Source: Amoebidium appalachense
Taxonomy: Eukaryota; Protista; Ichthyosporea
DNA length: 64,000 nucleotides
Assembly (NCBI GenBank): GCA_963693365.1
Contig: CAVNZM010000001.1
Coordinates: 5,596,907-5,660,906 of the forward strand
Direction of reading: 5' to 3'
Shown: positions 20,241-52,280 of the stretch, in pieces
Layout: each line of letters starts with the position of its first letter
Numbering within the stretch: the stretch's first letter is position 1
Notes under the pieces: generated by a model
What the model saw: the letters and a program-made list of their open reading frames with translations, nothing else
Databases searched by the model: none
What the model was told of the DNA's origin: nothing
Made by a program: the position numbers and the translations under genes

Positions 20241-21049
20241 TGACATATACTAATCCGTCTCAGCAGATTAGCCTAAGTCTACGATCGAGATCGGGGGGGG
20301 GGGGGGGGGGGGGGGGGTGGCCCGGGTCACAGATCATCAAGATCAAGTCCGGGGCCTCAAGATAGCTGTGCAGCTGCGTGCATCATCTTGCCTCTGCCGG
20401 CGCAGGGCAGGACCACGTCAGCTGGGACAGCCGACCAATAGAATTCTAATTAGTGTGTAGGATAGATCGTAGGAGGACTTAGGAATGTGATTGTTCGGGC
20501 AGAAGCCCTTTTGTAAATATTGGCAAGTTCTGATAGTGTATGCTGCCAAACGTATTTATATATTTCGATGACAGAGGAAAGGGGGGAGGGAGGGGGGAGG
20601 GAGATAGTATGAAATGTAGAATTAGACTCTGCGGTGCCACTAGGGGAAGGGAGAGGGGTGAGACATGGATAAATATATTAGTTGAGTAGATCGACTTAGC
20701 TCGTGCAGGCGCACGATAAAAGTAGATCGGAATGTTAATGGAATGTGGCATCGTAGGGGGGCCAGGTGATGATGATCTTGTAGGGCACGGCCTTGATGGC
20801 CTCAGTCGTTACTTAGACTCAATCCGTACGGATCTAAGTTTGCCCGTCGGAGCCTGGTCTTAATAAACTTTACCGTTTTTCTGTACACGTTCGTTCCTTT
20901 TCGTGTGTGTACACTTAGTAGAGTGCCGCGTCTCTAGTACACATATATTAGGATACGACAAGCTACACCTTTCTTTTAGTGCGGTTTTTCGCGCTAGGGT
21001 AACGCGGTGACAGTTCCTTCTGGGCTGTTGCTACACCTCAAACACACAG

Positions 21050-21084
<35 letters not shown>

Positions 21085-21112
21085 ATAAACACAACCACCC
21101 GAACACCACACA

Positions 21113-22447
21113 ATGGCTAAGTTTAACGTAGACATGTTCTACGCATTGGCAGCGGAGGATAGCTCCCTGCACACACAGGTACCACAGGTTCATACACTAG
21201 ACGTTAGACAGACCACAGCTTTCAGTTTTACACTCAAACACGACTCGGAAATACCTAGGTGGCTTAGGACACTCCTAGCTAACACACCCACACTAGTGTT
21301 AGACACAAAGAAGGCCCCCACTGTGGCGGCCTCGTGCTTAATGATCAAACAGTGCATCGACCACAAAACAATGGCCGACTTATGCACCCTGATGGAGGAG
21401 CACCCGTACCGGGCCGAGCAGGCCCCCCAGGTGACGGCTCGTATATACGAGCAGCAGTACGACGAGGGGAGGGACGAGATGGTGTCCCGGACACTCGGCC
21501 AGAAACGTCTGGCCGCACGGTTCATCCCCGACGACGAGGACGAGAACAGCACCGACGACGTTGACGGGGAGCTCGAGGCCTTCACACGGCCGGAAAACGA
21601 GCTCGAGTATACGGCCCGGCTCGTCGGCCGATACCTGACGGCCGACCGGCGCCGTACCTTCCGGGCCCAGCTCAGAGAATGGAAGTATACCTTTCCCACT
21701 TTAGATATGTCCCCCGTAGAAGCTCGTGTATTCTTTGAGAGGGAATATCGGGTCTTTGAAGACCTTTGTGAGTTAGCTGGTGACGTGAGTGATAGGGAAA
21801 AATTCGAGTTTGCTCGTAAGGCTCTCTCTGTAAACACAGACACTGCACGCATGTTTGGGGAGCATGATGATGTAGATGAGGTGGTGTTGCATGTTAAACG
21901 TCACTTGCTTGCCATGCACGAGGTGAAGTTCAATAAGAGGGATAAAAAGGAGGTGATGGAAGTAGACAAGAAAAAGAAGGAGAGTGGACAGAAGGGGGAA
22001 AAAGAGAAAAAAGAGGGTGAACAGCCAGATGCACTCACCATGTTGGTCAAGCAGGTTGCCGAGCTCTCCCAGGCCGCCTTCTCTGGCCGAGGGGGCTTCG
22101 GCTTCCGGGGTGGCCGTGGCGGCGACCGGGGTGGACACGGCGGTCGTGGCCGAGGTGGACGTGGAGGACAACAGCAGCAGTTCACCGAGAGGTTTGCCCC
22201 TTATCTTGCTCGTGGTGCTGGGCAGGGTAGAGGGAGGGGTGGAAATGGTGGTGAGAGAGGCCGAGGGGGGCAGGGGGGAAGGGGGGGCCGTGGTGCACAC
22301 GGTGGGCCCCCCCAGCATGACCGGGCTCCCGGTTATGCTTTGCGCCAAGGTTTTGAAGTCCCCCCTGGCCCCTTCTTTGGTGCATGTTACTTTTGTGGCC
22401 GGCAAGGGCACTCTGCTGCATATTGCCGTAGTTACAAGAGCTATTGA
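21113..22447 (+). CDS. gag: B2 Gag (444 aa)
   Basis: Intact ORF with three visible amino-acid differences from B1 Gag. Confidence 0.95.
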   Translation: MAKFNVDMFYALAAEDSSLHTQVPQVHTLDVRQTTAFSFTLKHDSEIPRWLRTLLANTPTLVLDTKKAPTVAASCLMIKQCIDHKTMADLCTLMEEHPYRAEQAPQVTARIYEQQYDEGRDEMVSRTLGQKRLAARFIPDDEDENSTDDVDGELEAFTRPENELEYTARLVGRYLTADRRRTFRAQLREWKYTFPTLDMSPVEARVFFEREYRVFEDLCELAGDVSDREKFEFARKALSVNTDTARMFGEHDDVDEVVLHVKRHLLAMHEVKFNKRDKKEVMEVDKKKKESGQKGEKEKKEGEQPDALTMLVKQVAELSQAAFSGRGGFGFRGGRGGDRGGHGGRGRGGRGGQQQQFTERFAPYLARGAGQGRGRGGNGGERGRGGQGGRGGRGAHGGPPQHDRAPGYALRQGFEVPPGPFFGACYFCGRQGHSAAYCRSYKSY

Positions 22448-22479
22448 GTTCCGGGGGAGGGGGAAGCTGGGGTCACTGA

Positions 22480-25400
22480 GGGAGGGGGGGGGACAGTATC
22501 GATCCCCCCCAGGTTGCAGAGAACCTTCACCCTCCCCCACCCCAGGTTAAGCTTCCCCTTGCCCCCTCACCGCCCCGATACGTGTGGGAGCCGGGCATCG
22601 TCGTGTGTCCTCAAGACAGCGTCGAGGTGGTATGGCATGAATGTTTGTGGGGTGACTCTACCAAAGGTATGAATGGTGTGAATGTTTTGTGGTTGGGGGA
22701 GGTTCCCCAGCCACAAGTGGATGGTCTCAGTGTTTCTTGTCCCAACCCGGTGTTTGTTCTCACCACACCGGAGGGGGTTTCTGTGCCATTGTTTCCGGGA
22801 AAGGGGGGGACACACACGAGTAAAGGGGGAAGGGGGGGGAAGGCACAGACACGTAGAAACACACCACCACAACAACATACGACGGTTGCAGTAACACCTA
22901 CACCCACACACACACCCACACATACACCAAACACACACACACCACCCACACCACATACACACCCCACCCCACCCGTGCAGGCACCACAGGTAGGTATGTT
23001 GCACGTAGGTATCGAGGGTGTGAGTCTTCGTGGGCAGGGATTGGGTGTGAGTGATGATGTGTTGCTTGAATTGGAGGAGGATTTAGTTGGTTTTAGCCGG
23101 CATTATATAGACGTATGGTTAGCTGATGGTAAGTTGAAGGCTGTTGCTTTGCTCGATGGAGGGGCTCAGGTTAATTGTGTGCATGCTTCGTTTATTCGTC
23201 GTTTTAATCAGGCCGGGGGGGAAATTCCTATTTTAGATGCTTCTAGCACAGCCTTAGGTAGTGCTAATAATAGTAGTATGTCTGTGGAAGGTGTTTGTGT
23301 GTTGCCGTGTGCGATAGGTGGCCAGGCTATGCATGTTGCTTGTTATGTGGTTAAGGATTTAGCTCAAAGTGTTTTGTTGGGAGCCCCATTTTTCCGTAGA
23401 CATGTGAATGCTCTGTTTGAACGTACGAATGTTTTAGAATTGCAGTCCGGCGTTAAAATTAAAACCCATGATGGGCTCGACGGTTATCAGTCTGGTGCTA
23501 GAACGGTAGCTGAAGTAGTAATCGAGCCTTATCAGTGCCAAACGGTACGTGTCCGGGCCGGCAATCATGTTAGGATAGGGGATTTAGGGGTTTTTACTCC
23601 GAAAACCCCATTTCAGGAGGTGGCCCAATGGACCCTTAGTAGGGTATGGCCGGATAAGACAATAGAAATAGAATTAGTGAATCCGGGCATCGAGCCTATA
23701 GTGATTAGGTCAGGTGTTTCCGTCGGTAGTTTCACTAATGAGATTGGTAGTATAGAGGTCTCTCTTATTACCCAAAAGGAGGATGCCGGCTCGAAGGGTG
23801 ACTCAGGAGGAGGGGGAACAACTTTATTTAACGTTAGCCACCAAAATGTCACCCGACACGATGGGGGGGGGGACCGCGACAGCACCGGTCCCACTCCCCC
23901 GACCCCCAAGAGGAAGGAGGGTCACCCCGGGTGTGAGAATGTGCAGGGAGGGGGGGAGGGTGTTGGTCTAACCCGTGGATCTGACGGGTTAACCAACACC
24001 GTGGGGGGCAGGGTGGCCACAGACCTGGCCCCCCACATACATGCACTAACTCATCAGGAATTGCCCGGGGCATTGGTGTGCCGGGGGGAGGGGGGGGGTG
24101 CTAAGGGTGACCGCCTATATCCGGAGGTACCTCAACCTCACCCCGAGCAGCACCGATGTAATACAGGAGGTGAAATGTTAAGTGGCACTCCGGTGAATAA
24201 GGATGCATCCACTTGTGATGGGGGTAACCCGGAGTTAGTATTGCCGTTTGGTATGAAGGAGGGGGATTGGACGGTAGAACAGAAAAAATTGTTAGCTAAG
24301 TTATTTGATAGGACTCGGTTTGCATTTCTGGCCGATGATAACGAAGTAGGCTTCGTTAAAGGGTTTGAAATGCAGATCGACACAGGTGATAATAGGCCGG
24401 TAGTGATGCCTAGCTATAGAATGGAGCAGTATAAATTGTCGGATGCGCTAATTATAGTGAGTGATATGTTCAAAAAGGGTCATGTGGAGCATAGTTCGAG
24501 TCCGTGGAGAAGTCCGGTGCTATTGGTTAAGAAGCCCGACGGGTCTTGGCGTCTAGTGAACGATTACAGGGCTCTGAATCGGATCACTAAGGCAGACCAA
24601 TGGCCTCTCCCTAACATAGACGAGCAGCTTTCACAGCTGCACGGCTATACTCACTTTGCTAAACTTGATTTAAAAGCAGCTTTTTGGCAGATAAGGTTGG
24701 AGGAGAGCAGCAAGGAGAAGACTGCCTTTGCACTGGGTGACCAGCTGTTCCAGTACAAGGTGGTGCCGATGGGTTTGCTCTCCTCTCCAGCTATGTTGTG
24801 CCGGGTAATGTATAAAATTCTCCACCCTCATTTGGATGTATGCCACCCTTATTTGGATGATGTTTTAATTAAAGGTAGGTCATTTGAGGAGCTAGTTAAT
24901 AATTGTGAAAAAGTATTTTTAGCTTTGGGTGAGTCTGGTCTTCGCATTAGCGGTAGCAAGACTGTGATTGGTGTGCCGGAGGTTAAGTTTTTAGGTCATA
25001 TTGTGTCTAGTAATGGTCTTTCCCCTGATCCGGAGAAAATCCGGGCCATAGTTGAGTGGCCCCGTCCTCAGACTGTCACTCAACTAAGGCAATTTTTAGG
25101 TTTAACTAATTATCTTCGTCGTTATATTAAGGATTATAGTATGCTTGCTTTGCCGTTAACTAGTCAGACGGGGGGGGAGAAGAAGAATAGAATAGATTGG
25201 AATGTTGATGCTGTTTCTGCTTTCGAAAAGCTTAAGTTAGCTTTGCAGTCTTCGAGTATGCTTGTTCATCCTGATTTTTCGGCCGGGGGGGGGATGTTTA
25301 AAGTTCGGTGTGATGCAAGTAAGGTTGCTGAGGGGGCCGTGTTATATCAAGTGCAGGAGGGGCAGGATAGAGTGATTGCTTATGCTAGTCGTTCATTTAG

Positions 25401-26021
25401 TAAAAGTGAACGTAGATATAGCAATCCGGAGAGAGAGTCCCATGCTATCTTTTGGGCAGTCTCACAGGCATGGAGGTATATACTCGCAGGCAGGACGTTT
25501 GAGGTCTACACCGACCACAAGCCCTGCCTAGCCATGGCCGGCACCACTCGTCTGGTCAACGAGAGGATGCAGAAGTGGGCCGCGGCTCTCGGTGAGTTCT
25601 CCTATAAATTGTTTTATGCCAAGGGTGAAACAATGGTTGGCTGTGATGCTCTCTCTCGTGCTGCTTATATTTTGTTTGAAGAAGAGAAGGAGGGGGAGGG
25701 GGGGCTAGTGAGAGACGGGGGGGGAGGGGGGGAAGGGGGGGGAGAGTGAGCAGAAAGGAATAGATGCTGTGTCTGTGGATGTGTCTTCTTGGGTTCCGGG
25801 GTTGCTTGCTTATAAGTGTAGGAGAGGGGGGGGAGGTATTTGTCAGTGTCTGAGGTCGGGACCGAGTCTCATGGCTCGGCCCCTGCCTTAGCACCTACGG
25901 CTTTGATCTTAGCTCAGGAGGATGATGTGTTGATTGGTCTGGTTAAGAATTATTTAAAGGGGCCGGTTGATTCGATTAAATTTAAAAATAAAAGGCAGAT
26001 GATTAAGGTAGCTAATTTAGC
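22480..26021 (+). CDS. pol: B2 Pol (PR-RT-RH, truncated before the integrase core)
   Basis: Near-identical to B1 pol up to QMIKVA, then the deletion junction. Confidence 0.92.
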
Positions 26022-26689
26022 TACCTTAGGGGGGGGGGGTGGCCCGGGTCACAGATCATCAAGATCAAGTCCGGGGCCTCAAGATAGCTGTGCAGCTGCG
26101 TGCATCATCTTGCCTCTGCCGGCGCAGGGCAGGACCACGTCAGCTGGGACAGCCGACCAATAGAATTCTAATTAGTGTGTAGGATAGATCGTAGGAGGAC
26201 TTAGGAATGTGATTGTTCGGGCAGAAGCCCTTTTGTAAATATTGGCAAGTTCTGATAGTGTATGCTGCCAAACGTATTTATATATTTCGATGACAGAGGA
26301 AAGGGGGGAGGGAGGGGGGAGGGAGATAGTATGAAATGTAGAATTAGACTCTGCGGTGCCACTAGGGGAAGGGAGAGGGGTGAGACATGGATAAATATAT
26401 TAGTTGAGTAGATCGACTTAGCTCGTGCAGGCGCACGATAAAAGTAGATCGGAATGTTAATGGAATGTGGCATCGTAGGGGGGCCAGGTGATGATGATCT
26501 TGTAGGGCACGGCCTTGATGGCCTCAGTCGTTACTTAGACTCAATCCGTACGGATCTAAGTTTGCCCGTCGGAGCCTGGTCTTAATAAACTTTACCGTTT
26601 TTCTGTACACGTTCGTTCCTTTTCGTGTGTGTACACTTAGTAGAGTGCCGCGTCTCTAGTACACATATATTAGGATACGACAGCTCAGC

Positions 26690-27299
26690 TGTTGTATAAT
26701 AAGATCGTGTGTCTGTGACAAACAATATGTTTATAAATGAACGGGGTTGACTAGACCACGCTTTGCTTAGTTACGTGCTAGTCCTACTTACACCTAGTAA
26801 GCCGAGCACACTGAGTGAGCTCTGAAGCCCCCGACATGCCCTTATATCGGAGCTCGCACAGCGGCTCAGACATGCGCATCGGTATGTGCTTTTTGGCTAC
26901 GAGAGCCAATCACATACGGTTCACGGTTCTGTCCCATGGCTATCACGGTTCCAATAAACCTAGTGAGCCAATCGGGTGACAGTACTTGATTATCGATGCA
27001 TTCCACAGTCATACCTCACGGCTACTTGCATATTTTCCCATGATAAAACTATAACTTAACGCTCATGGTTCCTCTACTACGTGTCGGTCCCATGTGGCTA
27101 TTATATCTGTTTTCCCATGAATAATCCTGCAAGTTGCACGTGCACATATGTTTAACTCCATGCTCATGCGCACAAGACTGGGGGGGACATGCATACTGGC
27201 CTACCTAAGATCAAACACAGTGGTATATATACATGTACACGTGTGCGTATATCTCAACCTGTGTACATCCATACTAGATATTCGGTATAATATACCACA
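26690..27299 (-). repeat. 5' LTR of A (610 bp)
   Basis: Copy of 3646-4253, followed by TSD TCCCC. Confidence 0.97.
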
Positions 27300-29996
27300 T
27301 CCCCAAGCGACATAAAGGGGCCGTCCCCCCCCATTTAGGGCCCGGACACACATAGGGTTATGGTTATTGGGTTTATGTTTTTTATTTTTGTAAATTATTA
27401 TCAATTATTGTATTTTTTTAGCCGGTTATCATCCGATCTCCCTATACCTAGGGCTTCCTTCTATAGACCTACCTCATTTTATTCCTGCGAGTGTGGCCGC
27501 AGCGTCCCAAGATTCCACCAGATGGCTTGCGGGAAAGACAACGCCAACTACTTAGTTATAACCCTGCTCTGAAACAGTGCTCTGGCCATTGTAAACTGCC
27601 TCCGATCTCCAGTAGGTGTGTACGGTCTTTTGTAACCGGCCCTCCTCAAGTCTAGCCTATGTTTCCAGTTGGCTGCTTGGAGAGCTGCATGGTGCTGAGC
27701 AGCTGCATGCAATGTGGCACTGGTCGGGTGACCACCGATCGAGGAAGACATATGTACAGTCTTTATTTAGCAGCCTTTTTCTACGTGCCTAGGTGCACAG
27801 CTCCATGTGGCACGCCCTGCCTAGCTGGCAACCCGAGTGCGCCATATGTATGTTTTCGAGAGGTGCTGGTTGGGCGGAAAAGGCTCAAAAGTATGGAAAA
27901 AGCTGTGTCCATGTATTATGTGATGACATAGAAACGTTTTCTAATAGCTTTAGCCATGTTTATACGCCTCTTTTTATTTTTTTACAGGACCCTTTTTCTA
28001 TATAACTGAGTTCCGGAAACGTGCTTTCGGATTTTCGAAAGCCATGAGGAAAGTGTGTGATTGGCTGCATGAAAGTGCGAGCTGAGAAATCAATTGGCCA
28101 AATGGTTGATTAGCTTTGGCGTCACTGCGGCGTTACTCTACGCGATAAATTAGTTAATTACATTTATAATGTACTTATTTATTTTATAAATAACAATTTA
28201 GAATCAGCTAAAATTCCAAAATTCCAAATTTTACCATTATTGTGATAAGCGCTAGCGCACATGTACACGCCCTTTCCACTCGCATCATGCATGCCATTTT
28301 GCGAGATCACAAAAGGCGTATGTACTGTACATGTAGGTAATACGTAAATCAGGTGCGTGCTGTATTCTGACTCATTGTTTCGTGTTTCGTATGTAGGGGC
28401 ATGCCCCTATATCTCTATCTTTCCTAAATTCTTTTTCACAAGTACAATTGTGGCCTGCAAGTTGTTGATTGGGTCGCGGGAGCAAGTCTTCCACATGTAA
28501 GATGCTGATGTAGACGTCATATGATGTACGTACGCGTAGCTGGTGCTACGCTAGCGCTACGCACAACGGTAGTGTCGTGGAGCTCAATATTATACCCTAA
28601 GTTGCTTCTATAAAGAAAATGCAGTAAAGGTGCTTGCATTATATATGTGGATTTCGTCCGCAACCTTTAAGGTTTGCCCAATTGCACGTGGCTTGCAATG
28701 AAATCTTATAGAGGGAGAACTATCTTGACTGAGGGACAAACACGAAAATCAGGCAACAAACAAATTGGCCGCATTCGCGTTACATACTATGATGACCAAT
28801 GATAATGGCGCCTTACACGAGAACACGAACTCGCCATTGCCGAAACGGCTTCCTTCTCTGGTTGTCTGAAATCTCTGTGCTATATGAAAACCATGTTTTC
28901 CTTTTTTTGTTTTTTTTCACGGATTTACAGAAGTCCTTTGGGGTTTATAACAGTTGTTTCCGCATGACGGTAAAGTTACGTGTGCGAATGCTTCTGGATG
29001 CTCAATAGGATAGCTTCAACACTCAATAGATGGGACCCTCAAATGGACGTGAGTGCATGCATGCATTTGGCATCTTTTGTATCAGTCTTATCAGTGATGT
29101 AAAGGTGTTCTTTTTTGCCTCCCGAGGCTCCCGTGCCCTTCAGTCACGTTATCCCAAGGCTGCGCAGCTGAAAAGACGGCTTACTTTATTTTCACTGGTG
29201 TTCCGCCAGTTTTTCGGATTATTTAGCGGACTTGACCTCGCTTGAGTATCGTGACGCCTACAGGCGCATGTAGGCCGTCGCTCTGGTCAAACCAAATCGA
29301 CAAACTCACGTGGCAAGCTCATCGCGATCTATCCCTGGAAAGAGCCGATAAAATCGACCAATCTGGATCGCATTGTTCCCATCATCAATTGCGCTCGGGT
29401 TCCTTCTGGGTTGTTTGCATATCATACCGTACAGTAAACCGCTCGAATTTGGGACTATTGTAGGGAGAGTCCGGAGGGTTGCAGAAGCACTGGCGAAAGC
29501 CACTATGTAGTAAAATGGATCTTTTCTGGCATCCGGCGCGAGGATAGCATAATAGATCTTCCAATCACAACAGACCGGTCGACGTCGACGGTCGGCCCGC
29601 GGGCCCGCGGCGGTTGGACCCCTGAGCTCAATTATGTTGGCAATGACTCCCTCCCGGAGACCATATGGAGATGGAGAGCGTAAGGAAATATCAGGCCAAG
29701 AATTAACTCAAATGGTAATATTTCCATTTGGTTCATTATATTCGTTTTTTCCCTGCCCTTTGGTTTGAAAGAGCCTCAGGGCCGGGATTCACGGGAAGTT
29801 GGTGAACATACCTATTGAGAGATCTAGATCTAGATCTATTAGGCCATGCACCAATGGTAGACCGCCGGCGCCGGAGCTATCGATTGGTTCTACTGGTGTG
29901 AATGCGACAGTGACTGTCTTGCGTACTGTTCATGTGTGTGTTTGTGTGCGCGTATGTGTGTGTGTGCGCGCGCATGTGTGTGTGTGTGCATGTGTG

Positions 29997-30043
<47 letters not shown>

Positions 30044-31131
30044 ATGTGTGTGTGTGTGTGTGTGCATGTGTTGTGTGTATGCACGTGTGCGGCGGTCGCA
30101 AGCGCTGCGGTGTCAGCAGTGTGTGTGCGTTTGTGTGCGTGTCCGAGTATGACTTGCGTGCCCGTGGGTGTAGGTCGCGGTGGGTGGTTTCTGTATTTGA
30201 TTTGTGTGTGGGCATGTGTGTGTACACGTGTGCGTAGTGATGATGGTGGTGGTGGTGATGGGGCGGGGGGGGGGGGGGGGGGGGGAGGGGGGGGGGGGGG
30301 GGATATGTACATATCATTGATTGGCTTGGGTCGGTATACATTACACCATTATTATTGACACGCTTATTGAAACGTTCGGCCAATCTCAATACTCAGTGTT
30401 TACATACACGCGTACAGACAACTTTTCCTTTGGCATATGTTCTGCTCAACATAGCAACAACTCAAATCCGATGCGCGATGTTTTGATTTTATGATAAATC
30501 AGCTGAAACATACACATTATTATTATTAACATTAAAATTGTCGTTTCCTTTTAAAATCAACGTGCACTTATTGAGAGTGCAATGATCCCAAAGGCACTTC
30601 ACACCTGGTTACATGTGCAGTAGCCGCCCCTTCGATTTTGTCAATAGTAATTTTTTTATTTTTTATTTTATCACGTTTTGTTCCCGGAGAGCCTGTCCAG
30701 GCCCTCTAGGGAAACTACCGTCTACCACACAGCACCGACAGTACATAGTAATAACACATGAGGATTCCAACAGCACTAAACATGTTAAACAAACCATGTC
30801 TGGATAGTTGAGCAGAAACATACTCGTTGCTAGTTTCTATAAGGTAAACACACTTTGGTTGACTTCCTTAGTACATTATTGTCTTTCGTGATATTCCATG
30901 TACAAATGCGCCTTCAGATCAAAAACACTCAGTAGGCACCCATCTGTTCAACGAACGTGGTGGTTTGTCCTACAGAATCCTTCCCCCCCCCCCCCCCTCC
31001 CCCACTCCTCCAAAACACACCTTTCCCCTCCTTCACGTTCACTGCCTGTGTCGCCCCACGCAAAACTATCACAATAATGCGTCCTGTGATTGAGTACGTG
31101 TACAACTACATGTTACCCCCTCTTACTTTAA

Positions 31132-31981
31132 GGGCGTGTTTGGCAGCGCAGTTATATCGTCTTTTCATCGTATTCGTATTTTCGCGCAATACCACGAATA
31201 CGAATTTGTGTCGTACCAAACACGCCGCAGAATTATATCTCGCGAAAAGACGATGGGATCGCTTTTATATCGTCTTTCGAAAATCAGCTCCGGAGGTGAT
31301 TTTCGAAAAGACGATATAATTTCGGCCAATCATAAGCGCAGTAAGCTTCTATTGGATCGATTCGATCCAATCCAATTTTGACATTGTCGCGAACCATTTA
31401 TGGTTATTTTAGCTGTGAGGTTGGTGGAAACCGGATCGGTACCTGTTCTTTTCCAAATGCATTTTCCAATTTGGCACACTCTCGGTAGATGATCACCCTA
31501 AATGTGTGCGGGCTAGGAGGCGGTTCTCCCTAAAACTCTAGGGTGATTCTACCGAGAGTGTGCCAAATCGGAAAAAAATAATACCTTTTTTTTAACAATA
31601 GAAGTACATTAAAAACAATAGTAGGTAGAAAAAGTACCTTTATAAATATATTATATATATAGAAATATGCAAACTGCGCTCAAAATATGACTTTTAATTG
31701 CACTTCGAAGAACTAAATATATTATTATCGATTTACATCCCTCCACCCAATCAAACATCTGATCGATACACTTTTAGCATTCCATTGATGAAACGTAAAT
31801 ACGATAAAAAATAAAATAAAAATAAGAAATCGAACGAGCATGTCTTGCGTGTTTAGGCGGCACGCCATAATCGTATTATCGCCCCTACCTACGCATACCT
31901 CAAAATAATTTTATAAATACGATTATTCGTCTTTTCGCACAATAATATGAATACGATTATTTTTGGCTGCCAAACACGCCC
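31132..31981. mobile_element. PIF/Harbinger (Tourist-like) MITE, 850 bp
   Basis: Perfect 16-bp TIR GGGCGTGTTTGGCAGC / GCTGCCAAACACGCCC, TAA TSD on both sides, subterminal TCGTCTTTTC repeats. Confidence 0.92.
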
Positions 31982-32080
31982 TAAAGAGTCCATGTTGTAT
32001 TACACTTCGGCCTTCATATACATTTCTATATTTAACGGATTATAACATTCCACACCACAACACACCTTCCCATTCCTCCT

Positions 32081-52280
<20,200 letters not shown>

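Larger units (their letters stand above)
20241..26682 (+). mobile_element. Family B copy 2, internally deleted (lacks nearly all of the integrase, the PPT and the first ~55 bp of the 3' LTR)
   Basis: 5' LTR 20241-20960, truncated 3' LTR 26029-26682, TSD GCTCA (20236-20240, 26683-26687). Sequence equivalent to B1 ~13056-14925 is missing. Confidence 0.96.
3646..27299 (-). mobile_element. Ty3/gypsy chromovirus-like LTR retrotransposon family A (outer element of the nest)
   Basis: Near-identical LTRs 3646-4253 and 26690-27299, TSD TCCCC (3641-3645, 27300-27304), gag-PR-RT-RH-IN-chromo order on the minus strand, interrupted by C, B1 and B2. Confidence 0.97.

Noticed and set aside
27335-27352. TTA-GGGCCCGGACACAC, a Harbinger-like terminus
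   Set aside because: No matching opposite TIR was found in the window.
27400-27751. Minus frame continuing through several TAG/TAA codons, suggesting TAR=Gln reassignment
   Set aside because: Host exons (ABCG, PSMB3) and long pol ORFs contain no in-frame TAR. More likely decayed or non-coding sequence.
29570-29840. Clusters of palindromes (GTCGACGTCGAC, CCCGCGGG, AGATCTAGATCT) resembling a polylinker
   Set aside because: Short and scattered, with no vector context or supporting structure.
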